Positions 1-12,319 of a stretch of 64,000 bases of DNA are shown here, one piece after another (within the stretch, counting starts at the first letter, position 1; every line of letters starts with the position of its first letter). The stretch comes from Felis catus (Eukaryota). The notes beneath the pieces are model-generated. The model worked only from the letters and a program-made list of their open reading frames with translations, made no database searches and had not been told where the DNA came from. Location of the stretch: NCBI RefSeq assembly GCF_018350175.1, contig NC_058368.1, forward strand, positions 62,808,001-62,872,000. Direction: 5' to 3'. Made by a program: the position numbers and the translations under genes.

Positions 1-599
1 ATTTATCTTCTGCCATTGGGGCACCTGCTTTATGATGACTAAGAAAGCATGAGTGGAAGAAAAGCAGTGACTTGTGTCAGCACAGCGGCCTTTTCAAATA
101 TGTTCTTCCAATTCCTCTGCACAATTGCTATTTTACAGAAGAAGAAAACACGATGTAAACCAGTTAACAAGCATCTGCTTTATTTAAGAAATGTGGCAAA
201 TCAATTAAATCTCCACTAACCATGCAACAAAATATGTGCTCAATTTCCAAAATTTAGCATAATGATATATTTTAGAATTATCTCTGTAGTTATTTAAACC
301 TGGTTCTTAATTTCATAACAGGTTACAAGCTGAAGAAAGAGTATTTAAACAGTCCCTCAACATGACCTTAAGCAACTTTATCCTTATGCTATGATTTGGA
401 AATACTGGTAATGTTAAGACTTTAAAATAACAACCTTTGCTTAATAGTCAGGAATTTAATACTCAAACATAAAAATGTCTTATAATCTAAACATGTTTTA
501 TGGACAACCAGGTTGTTATTTTAAAATGAGATATAAGAATAAAAATCCATAAATTATTTAAAATTAATTTCATATAGTATTGCTTCAAACTATATTTTG

Positions 600-1130
600 C
601 TACCCAAGATTCTAGCCACTTTACCACTCTTCTTTTACAGACTTTCATGTCAAACTAATTCATTTTCCACAAGAAAGTTAGCATATTTTGCCAATTTATT
701 AAAAACATACCCTCTGTGATTTACTTGTTATTGTGTTGAACAGATAGGTTAAGGAAGAACTTCTATTTTTATTTGCTATTGAAATGAATTGTTTTTCCAA
801 AATATTGTTTATCTTACGATAGTTTGCATATTAAAAAGTTCTTGATTGGTGATTGTTAATTTAACCTGCCATCTTACTTAATTCGATTATTGACTCAAAA
901 CTTATTATTTTAGATTATCTATGCATATAATCAGATCAACTGAGAATAATACATTTCACTCTGCCTCTTTTTTTCATATTTACATCTCTCGTGTCTTTCT
1001 TGGCTCTAATAGTTTCTTCCCTTAGTGCCAGAACAATAATATGAGGGTGATTTTTGGCATTATTCTCTGTCTCCTAGTCTTAAACACAGTGCTTTCAGTC
1101 TTTCAACATCAAACTTTTGATTCTGATTTG
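600..1130 (-). mobile_element. Old L1 (L1M-type) ORF2 fragment
   Basis: Antisense L1 ORF2-like phrases, e.g. 'ctcctagtcttaaacacagtgctttcagtctttc' and 'ttgctattgaaatgaattg'; highly diverged, ends approximate. Confidence 0.6.
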
Positions 1131-1766
1131 AGATATTTCTCATAATATTTTCTTATCCAATATGTGACATCATGAAGAGGGAACAGGGGAGGAGTTGGAA
1201 TGCAGGAGGAAAAATCCTAACTTTCCATTCATTGTGATTGTCCTCACAACTTAGAATTTACACTTTCTCTAAAACCTATTTTCTATCAACTAGTCTTCTC
1301 TTACTCAGTTAAATTCTATACAGAGGATATAAACAGATACTTAGTGACCTCTAGGCCCCATATCAAAATAAAAATGCTAAAAAAATTATTCTCAGTTAAA
1401 ATTAGTTAATGGATCTGTTTCCTATAAATATGAAGTTATTTTACTAGCACAACATCATATATCATGAATTTTAATGGCAGGAAATGCACTGAGGTGGTCT
1501 GGTCTGTATGTTTCCCCAGTTGGACATGAGCCCTCTCCCTCATCAAGGAGGGTGTTTCTCCTTTAATGATTTCACCAAATTTTCCACACATTTATACAAA
1601 ACGAATATGCTAGATTCTTGCGAAATTTCTGGCCACAGACTGTAATGCTTATTATTTCCATTCTGCACAGGGAACCAGGGTGAAATAGAGAGAGTGACAA
1701 AAGCTGCAGAACTATAACCAACTAGAATCAATGGAGTGGAATGGAAGCATAGACTAAATGACCATT

Positions 1767-1771
<5 letters not shown>

Positions 1772-1811
<40 letters not shown>
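1772..1811. repeat. (TG)20 microsatellite
   Basis: Perfect TG run seen directly. Confidence 0.98.
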
Positions 1812-1815
<4 letters not shown>

Positions 1816-2754
1816 AAAGCAAATGAAGTCTTTGTATTATGTACACTTGCTGCTAAGTGCCTAAGGAACAATACTCAAACTTATGTCTCAGGGACACTAA
1901 ACCATGGAAATTCATTCTTTAATAAATGACAGCATTCCCACTTTACTCCACCCCTGTCTTAGTTACTATGAATAAACTAAAAAAAAAAATGGGTACTGTT
2001 GCTTTTTAGATGTAATAATCTATATTTCTCAACAAGAATTGCTTTAGTTAGTTTGTATTTAGCCTATATTTGTTAACAACAAACACTAAGTCTTTATGAT
2101 AGGCACTTATGTTAAACACAGCTTTATTTATTCCTTTTTAGATTGGTAAACAAGAACATTTTTATGTGGAGCAGAAAGACTTCATGTCAACCTCTCCCCT
2201 CAACAAGGTGTCTTTTGGGTAGAAATAAATAAATCATTTTAAGGAGGGACATTTCTTGTCATGGCCCTTGTCTTCTGACAGTTACTCGCTGATGCATGGC
2301 TGAAAAGGGCTCTGTGCTTATGGTGAAAAATAATTACCAGGACTTGACAAGGAGAATATATTCATTCCAAGCCTATGGCAGAGGTCTGCTGCAATAAACA
2401 AAAGAAAGATAGCCAGAAAATTCATGGAGACCAATATCATGCATTTCTCCCCCTGGCCTGAAGGCTGATGTTGCACACTTCCTATAAGCAACAAACTATC
2501 AAACCAGCATTACAGAATAGAAGCACCTAGAAGTCAATGGGAGCCCATTTTTGCTCAACAAGAGATCCTGACAACTAACAACTAATAACCATCTGCCTGA
2601 GGCTCCAGTTGAGGTTTTAAGATGCATCAAATCCCCCTTCCAGCCTCCAGTTTCACATCCAATAATGCTTCCAGTGCCTGACATCTCGAGCCTTGGAATG
2701 ATGAACACTTAGAGTTCGCCTGGGGGATGGACAATTATCTGAGGCAATATGCAG

Positions 2755-2892
2755 ACTTTCCAGATAAGGATAATGAGCATAGGTTAATGCAACAACAGTT
2801 CAAGGCCGTGCAGCTACTTTGGTTAAGCCATCAGAATAAAGTCTAGGTTTTAAAATCCTAGTCTAGTGTTCTTTCATTCTATGCTGCCTCCC
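2755..2892 (-). mobile_element. MIR fragment
   Basis: 'cagataaggataatgag...caaggccgtgcagcta...ctagtgttctttc...atgctgcctc' follows the antisense MIR core and head. Confidence 0.6.
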
Positions 2893-3154
2893 TTAAGTGA
2901 TAATGTTTTGAAGTAAAACTACTAGTAATCAAGTCAAAGGAAGCCTCTGAATTAACATGTCATTTTGAAAAATAGAATGACACTGATTTTTCCAAGTAAG
3001 CCTCCTTAACCCCTTCTCCAAGCAATCAGCAGTAGTTTTAATTTTATGATGAATCTTCCATGCTTTTTTGCCAGATGTCACCGGTGAATGCGTGGAGAAA
3101 TCTCTGAGTGCGGTACAAGTTTAGGAAAACAATCTGTAGCCCTGGAACGGAGGT

Positions 3155-3236
3155 AAGCTAACTGGCACATATGGGGAGTGAAAACATGACCGTGGCCTCA
3201 TTAGCACCATGTGCTAAAAAACGGAGCTAGGCAGCC
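3155..3236 (-). mobile_element. tRNA-Ile(AAT)-derived ancient SINE head (MamSINE1-like)
   Basis: Reverse complement 'ggctgcctagctccgtt...agcacatggtgctaatgaggccacggtcatg...ccccatatgtgccagttagctt' resembles tRNA-Ile(AAT) plus the MamSINE1 extension; too degenerate to be a tRNA gene. Confidence 0.65.
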
Positions 3237-3964
3237 AAGTGTGAAGGTGAACCAGTCATGGGGAAGGTCTGGGCACCCTAAAATGGACGTGTTTTGCTTC
3301 ACTGTGGAGTTTTTCCTGAATGTAATTAAAGCCTGATCCTTTCCAGCTGTAGTGCCACAGATTGTTTTAAGATAAACTCAATCTATAATTAAAAATCTCA
3401 TTAATCATTTCCCAAATTATTTGTTGTACTATAAAATGGAAGTTGAAACCATTCCTGCTGTGAAAAACAGTTATAATATTAATAACCGTGGCTGTAACAG
3501 ATGTTAATGGTGAAAGGACCTTTGTGTTACTATTTATAGTTTTCTATTTTCACACCTCCCTCACAAAGCAAGCAAGTATTCTTTAATCCAATGTGTTTTC
3601 TGACTTTGAAATACATTCAGCATTTTAAAAAAGTTTTTACTGTTGTATGAGAAGAATATTATATGATTGTAATTCCAGACTAAAGTTATTAAATAGACTT
3701 AATGTGCACAAATGTAACTGGATTAAAAATGAGATTATTTAGTTTATTTTGTGATTAGCAATCCATTCAGATACTTAGACCCACTATCTAATAGCTACCA
3801 GACTGAGGTGTTTTTTTTCCCTTCCTGGAATGTTAAGATTCATACCAGCTTTAAGTTTATAAAGACAATAATGGCCCTTCGCCATAATGATAGGAATAGG
3901 CAACAGAACTCTGACCAGGTGACAATTTCAAATGTGGTTCTATGGTAAAGAAGTTCTACTATCA

Positions 3965-4100
3965 TGGGTTTCCAAATGTTGGTTTTCCTGGGAGATACCC
4001 GGTGTACACCTACTGTCCTTGAGACCCATCCGGTTCATTAGCATTTGTTCCTGATTTGTTGTTGTTCTTAAAAATTATTATCAATAGTTGCATTCTCCTA
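3965..4100. mobile_element. hAT-Blackjack MITE (MER94-like)
   Basis: 'ggttttcctgggagatacccggtgtacacctactgtcc...ccggttcattagcatttgttcctgattt' resembles the MER94 consensus. Confidence 0.5.
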
Positions 4101-5368
4101 GGGGAGTCTCGACGTATTTTCACTTTGTACTTTCATCTTCTGTCTTTGTCCCTGTGGTGGTGTGTGAGAGACTCGTGGGTAGTGAACTGAGCTTTAACAA
4201 TTAAATCTGAAAGACATCTAAAAACCCAGTTCTCGTTTCCTAAACTTTCCAAGACCCAAGGGAACAAACCTCTTCAAGGATAGCATTCTGACTAATAAAG
4301 TGAAGTACGTTCTCTCACTCAGCTGTCTTTCCTGGCCATTTGATAAATGGCTAGCCATGTCATGCATGGCACCCGATGATGTTCACAAGAATACCAAAAG
4401 CCACCAGGAGTAAGGAGAAGTCATATATTAATTATATTTTAAATATATGTATTACACAGAAATTGAGTAGCCTGCAGTAGAATATATCGGTACGGATACT
4501 TTTGTCATACTGATTATTTTTGTCATTTATGGTTCAAAGCTACAGCTCTATATTTATTGCTTGGTCATGCTTTTGTTTGGCTGTTTTGTATTAGTAAAAA
4601 AATTCAGTAGCAATAAACTAAAAATATATATACATTTAATGGTAAATTGAGTTATACATTTTTATACTTCAAGAAAGTTGTTATTGATAATGTAACTACA
4701 TAGAAAGCTGGCAACATTTATTGCCTCACATGGCAACAAGATATCAAATCTGTTGAGGAAGAATTAGTACAGCTAGTTGATGTGTGAAGAAGCGTGTGTT
4801 CAAATAGAAGGATTTAGCAACTGAAGTTTCTATGGTAAAGAACTATGTTCTTTGTTTCTGTGGTAAAGAACTATGTTTCTTTCAGAGAACCACATTTGAA
4901 ATTGTCACCTGGTTAGAGTTCTGTTGTCTATCCCTATTACTTTGGTCAGGTTCTATTATTATCTTTATAAACTTAATGTAGATATGAAAGAGTGCTCACA
5001 TATCATTCTGTGAAAAACAAATTTTCACTCAAAGATTGTTCTTTTATTTTTGTTCTATTTTCATCTTCAGTTTTTCTTAATTATCATGAAAAGTAGTCAA
5101 TATGTAGCTTTGTTATCAGAAAACTCTTCATAGATAACGAAATTATTCCAGTTTTATATCAGTGCCATTAGATACTTCAAATTAGTTTTTTAATACTTGA
5201 TATGGGTTGCATATTTTTATCCAATTTATAAAAGCAGAGTGAAGCTGTTAGACGTTCATTTTGTCAAAGATTAAACAGAAACATTAGTCAATGCTACTAT
5301 AAAGTCAATATTAAAGATAAATTTTGGTAGGGCAGAGTATCATATTTAAAAAAAAAAAAAAGACCCTT

Positions 5369-5581
5369 GGGGCGCCTGGGTCGCTGAGTCAGTGAAGCGT
5401 CCGACTTCGGCTCAGGTCATGATCTCGTGGTCCGTGAGTTCGATCCCCGCGTCGGGCTCTGTGTTGACAGCTCAGAGCCTGGAGCCTGTTTCAGATTCTG
5501 TGTCTCCCTCTCTCTCTGACCCGCCCCGTTCATGCTCTCTCTCTGTCTCAAAAATAAATAAACGTTAAAAAAATTTTTTAA
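5369..5581 (+). mobile_element. Felid Can-SINE
   Basis: GGGGCGCCTGGGT head, A/B boxes, CT-rich segment, AATAAA and A-rich tail. Confidence 0.95.
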
Positions 5582-6230
5582 ATCCTTAATACATTTAAAA
5601 ACATATGGGATAGAATGTATACTTGAAATAGACTTCAAGACATTAACATAATTTACTCTTATATTCAAATAAATTGTCATATTCCAGCAACTGAAGTAGA
5701 AGCTGTAGCTATCAAAAATTAACATAAACAGACATATACACACACATACACATGCATACACATATGCAGAGACCCACACTCACAAAGACTGAATGTAACT
5801 GAACTAACACATTTTAGTTATGTAACTCTTGAACAAAACAACAGTAATTATTGCATGATATTACATCTTTTTCTTCTAGTGCCCATTATAGTTGTATTTA
5901 AGAAGTGTCTGACCTTTGGAAAAAAATCACCTTCAAGAATCCAGTGTGGTATTAGACACTTCTTAAAGCAGCACTTTATATTTTAGTTAAAATTTATTTG
6001 AAACCAGTTGGAAACATTAATAAAATATTCAGTGAATGGAGAACTAAAATCTAATCCTTTTAACCTTTTAGTATATTGCAGTTATTTAAAACAAAGCTTG
6101 AAATAAGAAAGAGCTAATAGAATGGCTTTTTTTCTCATACAAATATTTATCACAAAAAAATGACACTGAAATTCACAGGCAAAGAGAATAACTATTAGAC
6201 ATTTGGGCTGTAAAATTTTCACAGTTTAAT

Positions 6231-6266
<36 letters not shown>

Positions 6267-6328
6267 TACTTTTCTTTTTTTACCAGAATTTTTCCTGAGC
6301 TTTCTCCCAATTAAAATATTCTGGTCCT

Positions 6329-6482
6329 GGGGTACCTGGTTGGCTCGGTAATTTGAGAGTCCAACTCTTGGTTTCAGCTCAGGTGATGACCTAATGGTTC
6401 TTGAGTTCAAGCCCCACATCAGGCTCTGTGCTGACAGTGCAGAGCCTATTTGGCATTCTCTCTCTGTCCTTCCTGTGCTATC

Positions 6483-6521
<39 letters not shown>

Positions 6522-6527
6522 GTAAAT
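6329..6527 (+). mobile_element. Can-SINE with (TAAA)n tail
   Basis: SINE body; TSD aaaatattctggt / aaaatattttggt. Confidence 0.92.
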
Positions 6528-6859
6528 AAATATTTTGGTAAGATTAAGTGTCAATTGAATATGTCAAATATTTTTAATTAATTAAGCATAAAAATAAGTT
6601 GTGATGGTCAGGATAAAATATATTTAAAATTTTTTAAATACTAAACCTTTCAATGTGGAAAAGAACATTCTTCAGAAATGTACAAATCATCTGGCATTTG
6701 AGGCTCATATGGCTGGGAAAGTGAGTAAAATATGTAAATATGTGACAGGAATAAGTTTTCTGTTTTGCTTGTTTTTGTTTAGGCAATCAATATAAAGTAG
6801 TTTTTTTAAAGTTTTTGCTGACGTATATGTATATATATTACTTTGTACTTTTTATAAAG

Positions 6860-7263
6860 ATATTTTTTGAGACATATACAGTGGGGGAGGGGCAGAGAGA
6901 GAAGGAGAGAGAATCCCAAGCAGGGTCAGCACTGTCAGTGCAGAGCCCAACGCAGGGCTTGATCTCCCAAACTGCAAGATCATGGCCTGAGTAGAAATCA
7001 AGAGGCAGAAGCATGGGGTGCCTGGGTGGCTAAGCCGGGTGAACAACTGACTTCAGCTCAGGTCATGATCTCACAGGTCATGAGTTTGAGCCCCACATCA
7101 GGCTTTGTGCTGACAGCTCAGAGCCTGGAGCCTGCTTTGGATTCTGTGTCTCCCTCTCTACCCCTCCCCTGCTCGTGCTCTGTCTCTGTCTCTCTCTCTT
7201 TCAAAAATAAATATTAAAAAAAAAATCAGAGGCTTAAAACCCACTGAGCCACCCAGGTTCCCC
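6860..7263 (-). mobile_element. Can-SINE interrupted by a second SINE
   Basis: Antisense body 6860-7014 resumes at ~7225-7263 ('cactgagccacccagg'); flanked by ataaaga on both sides. Confidence 0.9.
7015..7224 (+). mobile_element. Felid Can-SINE nested in the previous SINE
   Basis: Full body; degenerate TSD cagaagcat / cagaggctt. Confidence 0.93.
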
Positions 7264-7715
7264 ATAAAGAATTTTATTTTTAAAAACTAAAATAAATTAC
7301 TTTGAGAGGTATTTACAAATACCTATTTAATAAACCAATTTGTTATTGTAAAATTATTGTTTTACAACAAGTTTTGTTTTATAATTTGTTATAAATTTGA
7401 ATAATTTAGATTATTTTTAGCAAAACTTTTTACTTTCAAGTATCTTAGTTTAGACAGTAAATTACATGTCCAACTTATTGATAATACATATAGATCTCTT
7501 TCATTTGAACAAATATCATATCAACATATCAAAATACCATTCCTTGATTGGAAGATACAGAAACAGATAAATCAAGAAGAATAATGTTTCCAAGATTCCT
7601 TAAGAAAACCTCCTAAAAATACTCATGCCATTAATTAGTGATTAAAAAAATATAATTATAAGAGAAGAATCAGTTGCCTAACACTGTAGCAATTGTTATA
7701 AATTAGAATTTCCAT

Positions 7716-8142
7716 GTAGTGCAGTTGTACTAATCAGGAAAATCTAACTGATCTTACATAATCCTACAATTCCCCATGGTTTATCTCATTAAAATTTTGT
7801 GCCTGTCTCATGCCATATTACAGTGCAGGTAAGCAGTAGCCCCTGTTCCACATTGTCAATCAAGGAGGCTGGCCCCCGCCCTCTCAGAGCTCTGCCGTGT
7901 TGAAGGTCTCTGAATCCTCCACTTACTTGTTTGCATTCAGATAAAGAAAGAGAGCTCGAAAGAGGTCAGGGAGGCATTAGAGGCCAAGCCTCGGAGGGGC
8001 TTCATCATTTCCTTTTGTACACCCTTAGTGAGGACTCAATCACATGGTCCTCCCTAACTGTGAAAGGTCCTAGAAATGTAAACTACAAGTCTGTCAAAGA
8101 AGAGAAAATACAGATATTTGTCAGTTTCTGCCAGTCTTCCAA
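7716..8142 (-). mobile_element. MaLR LTR (MLT1K/L-like)
   Basis: 'ggactcaatcacatggtcctccctaactgtgaaagg...aaatgta' is typical of old antisense MLT1. Confidence 0.65.
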
Positions 8143-8204
8143 GAGAAGGTAGCTATTTACTGACTATTGACTCAGTCCATTAACAGAGTGCTTCAATGCT
8201 TACT

Positions 8205-8455
8205 ACAAGCATACAACATCAAATGCTTCCAGGGAGCAGATAACAAAGACGATGGGTAGAGCAGCCTAGAAGGTAAGTAACAGGAAGTGGTGGAGACTGA
8301 GGGAACAGAAGAACATATGTCTTAGCACTGAAGCAACAGATGCCACCAACTTGCACAAAAGGTCACCTAGAGTTACTAGCCCATGGACACTGGTTTAGTA
8401 GAGAAACTGGTTGTACAGACTTTTTATGGAATGTTTCTGATGTTCAAATTCTTTT
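8205..8455. mobile_element. hAT-Charlie MITE (MER102-like)
   Basis: 'tcaaatgcttccagggagcagataac...ggaagtggtggagactgagg...agagaaactgg...tttttatggaatgtttctgat' resembles MER102. Confidence 0.45.
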
Positions 8456-9389
8456 TCAAATAAAAAGTTTCCCTTAAAAAGACTTTGCAATCTAACTCAA
8501 CATTTATGAGTCTTTTTTTTTTCTTTATAAGGGAAGGTAGAGGGAGTAGAAAGCACTGAATTGCCCAAGTCTTAAATATAAAAGAAATGAAGAAAGGAAG
8601 GGGCTTATAAAGAGGCAATATGTAACAGAGTCACAAATATCAAAGGTACATTTATCTAGAAATGTGGTTTGAAGCTGAAAGTATATAGTATGACTCTAAG
8701 GAATGGCTTCAGAAAGGGAGACAGATTAAGGGCTAGAGTGACAATCAGGAGGAGAAGCTGAAATAGTCAAAATGCTCCAAATGAGGCAAAGGGCCAGTGT
8801 CTTGATATGACTAATAAACCTGGTAAAATTGGTCAGTTGACTAAATGGAGTATGGATAACTTCTCTTCATTCCATTTTCCTTTTCCTCCTTGCTATTTTA
8901 TCACACTTTCATCATAATCACTTCTATTTGTCTGTATAGTTAAATATTAACTTCTCAGAAAATGTTTCTCATGCTAAGAAGTTGCTGCTGTCTTGTCAAC
9001 AAGAGCTGGTTTAGCAAATACCTGTGTACTGTACTCGGTACTATGTTCAGTTCTCCTCTTGATGATATCATTTCCTAGACCTGCCTGAATAAGTCAGACT
9101 CTCAGTATCTGGAGTGGCACCTTACTTAAACACCAAGGGATCCTTAGCTAACATTAATATAAGTAGCAATACAGATTAAGACCTCTCTCTTGTGCATTTG
9201 GGTGTTAGCCATACATTGAGAACTCTATAATAAAGGATTCATGAACTAAATCTTTAGTATTGTTTTTTTTTAAATAATTCAAGTTTCATTTCTGGTAAAA
9301 TAATTTTACTAAAAGCTCTGAAAGACACGATGAGTTCACTGAATTCATTTCTTATACCACAGTCTATCCATCATTACATTACAGTACTT

Positions 9390-9552
9390 TTTTTTTTTAA
9401 ATTTTTTAAATGTTTATTTATTTTTGAGAAAATGCAAGAGACAGAGTGCAAGCAGTGGAGGGGCAGACAGATGGAGGCACAGAATCTGAAGCAGGCTCCA
9501 GGCTCTGAGCTGTCAGCCCAGAGCCAAATGCGGGGCTTGAACTCACAAACCA
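9390..9552 (-). mobile_element. 5'-truncated felid Can-SINE
   Basis: Antisense body stops near the B box; perfect 15-bp TSD tacattacagtactt at 9375-9389 and 9553-9567. Confidence 0.93.
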
Positions 9553-9586
9553 TACATTACAGTACTTCTAATTAAGATCAAAGAAG

Positions 9587-9622
<36 letters not shown>

Positions 9623-9819
9623 CACACACATTATATATATATACTATACATATATAGTATATACATATATATACACTATATATATATAATATATATAGTG
9701 TGTATATATATATACACAAAACACTATATAGTATATACACTATATATATATACACTATATACAAACTATATATACACTACATATGTATATGTATATATAT
9801 ATGTATATGCACTATATAC
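9587..9819. repeat. Compound (TA)n/(TACACTATA)n low-complexity array
   Basis: Seen directly. Confidence 0.95.
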
Positions 9820-10214
9820 AGTACTTCTAATTAAGGTCAAAATAGTGTAGATAGATAGATGATTGATGCTCAATTTTATAATGATTTTTCAAATCACTAT
9901 TTTTCAAACGTATTTTTAAAAATACTTACCTGTGTTGAATGTCAGTGTTTTTGAAGCTGTAATACCCTGTCCAACTCATTTACATTTAGTAGATCAAAAT
10001 AATTATTTTCTATATCAGTAGGAAATTGGCATTGTCTTTACAAGTAGAACCAATTGAATAAGACCATGTTGGTAGGTTTGTCTTGTATTTTCTATTTGGA
10101 GACTATATTAAATGGTTATTTAATTGAATTTATTGTATTCATTTTGCTTCGTGAAAAAATGGCATATAGGGCCTACAAATATGTCGAAAGCTTTTCAAAA
10201 AAATGATTTGAAGA

Positions 10215-10427
10215 GGGGCGCCTGGGTGGCGCAGTCGGCTAAGCGCCCGACTTCAGCCAGGTCACGATCTCGCGGTCCGTGAGTTCGAGCCCCGCGTCAG
10301 GCTCTGGGCTGATGGCTCAGAGCCTGGAGCCTGTTTCCGATTCTGTGTCTCCCTCTCTCTCTGCCCCTCCCCCGTTCATGCTCTGTCTCTCTCTGTCCCA
10401 AAAATAAATAAAAAACGTTGAAAAAAA

Positions 10428-10451
<24 letters not shown>
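10215..10451 (+). mobile_element. Very young felid Can-SINE
   Basis: CpG-rich body, long A tail, perfect TSD aaaaaaatgatttgaaga (10197-10214, 10452-10469). Confidence 0.97.
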
Positions 10452-10458
<7 letters not shown>

Positions 10459-11944
10459 TGATTTGAAGAAGCAGTATGTCTGTTTTTGCTTTCAGGGTAC
10501 TAAACAGGTCAGCATTGACACTGACTATCAGGTGAATGGGATTCCTAGTAAATGTTTCAAAGAACAGGAGAAAAGGCAAAGAGGGCAGACAGTGATATAT
10601 ACCAAGGGAAGAAACAGTCCGTAGTTAGCGGTTGGATGATATGGATCATTGTAAGGTGTAAGCCACATGGAAGAGAAGGAAGGGAATTGCTTCAGATGAC
10701 TCAATTGAATTTTTGGTCCACAGAATTGTCCTGTCAATTCAGTCACAGGCAGACATTGCTTTGCATACCAGCAACCTCGCTGGTATGTCTGTTCCCATTC
10801 ATCTAGCATTGTGTGATGGTGTAGGGAGAAATACAAGTTGTCAAAGTCAATCTTTCCTCATTTGATCATTTTGGCTAGCATTGACATTTTGTAAAAGTCA
10901 TTTAATAGTACAATAATGGCATTTTAAAAGTATTTGTGATAAAGTGCCTTGTCTACTACCTGAGCAAATGGAGTATAGAATATTTTAATATGAATTTGTT
11001 TCTAGCTAATTCCCAAAGATGATAACTACAATAATACCTTTCAAGCACATCTTATTATTCATTACCAGTTCACTCTAAATCTCCCTGAATGTTCATTTTT
11101 CAAGTTTGGGGTTTTTCATTTGGATTAATTTATCAATATATTTATCTTCATATAAATATCTCTAGTGAATAATTCAACTCTGAAATATAAATTCATTTTT
11201 TTCATTAATTTCATTAATGTTTAGTTGTTTAATAATAGGTAAATAATTATATAGGGAGATGATATTTGAGTTAGATATCATTCAGTAAATTACTTAACCT
11301 CAGGATTTAATCTACTAAGTTGTGTAAAATAATTTTAATAAATGCATGACAGCAAAGCAATATTAGAAATTAATGATAATCTCCAGTTATGTTTTTAAAA
11401 AATGGATTTCAAATTCAACCTCCAAATATTTAATTACTTTTTGAGCATATATTATTTTTAGAATATTTGCATTCTCAGCCCAAATTTGGAATGCTAAATT
11501 CAAAAGACATTTTATAAAAATGGCATTTGCATTCTAGAATGATTTAAAACATGAATTACCATTGAAAATATTCTCATGACAAAGCAAGCTGAATTTAGTG
11601 ATATATTCTAAAATTTTCAGAAACAATGTCCATTCTGATTATATATGTGGTATCTTTAGTCTGGAAAATAGAATAACCTGAGAGGTTTATATTGCAGAAA
11701 ATGAAATGTACTCATATTAAAATAAAAAAAATTAAATTTCCCTCTATGTATGTGTGTGTATATGCATATATATTCCTTTTAGATCACCAAATATTTGTAG
11801 GGCATCTAACAGTTGATCTAATTTGGGGTCCTTTGAAACATGCTGGAACAATGAACCACTGGCCTGCTTTCCTTCCTGTTCTCTGACCAAATTATGGGTA
11901 ATATATAATTAACGAGCAGTAAATAACCATAAGAAATATATTGC

Positions 11945-12035
11945 ACAATTTGTTTACCTAAGGTCAGAAAACTCTTCTCAGGCAAATATAGGACTAGAAT
12001 AAAGCTCTCCTAACCTCTAGTGCAGTGATTCTTTT
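11945..12035 (-). mobile_element. MIR fragment
   Basis: 'tacctaaggtcagaaaact...aggactagaa...ctcctaacctctagtgcagtgattcttt'. Confidence 0.5.
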
Positions 12036-12319
12036 TTTTTTTTTTCATGAATTTATATATATCTGTCTGCATATATCAAGAGCTTGGTAGAGTAGGCTCA
12101 GCGCATATTAAATTGAATTGTTTTCCTAATGTAGCATTTGCCCTCATCAAACTTTTTATATAGCTCTGGTTCTTATCACAGACAACAGGGACTATGTAAG
12201 GCAAAGACAAAAATGAAGGTAAACTAATATGGTTCTTTGTACAACAGAATCTTCTGGCCACCAAGTCATTAATTTCTCTATTTTTTTTCCTTCTTTGAGT
12301 CTTGCATATGCAAAAGACA

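Noticed and set aside
3155..3236. Possible tRNA-Ile gene
   Set aside because: D and T arms and B box degenerate; better explained as an ancient SINE head.
9543..9764. Y/I-rich ORF
   Set aside because: Translation of the TA array.
9921..9935. Strong - strand splice donor CAG|gtaagta
   Set aside because: No convincing acceptor or reading frame nearby.
10765..10788. 9-bp hairpin cataccagc-aacctc-gctggtatg
   Set aside because: Too short for a pre-miRNA and plausible by chance in 64 kb.
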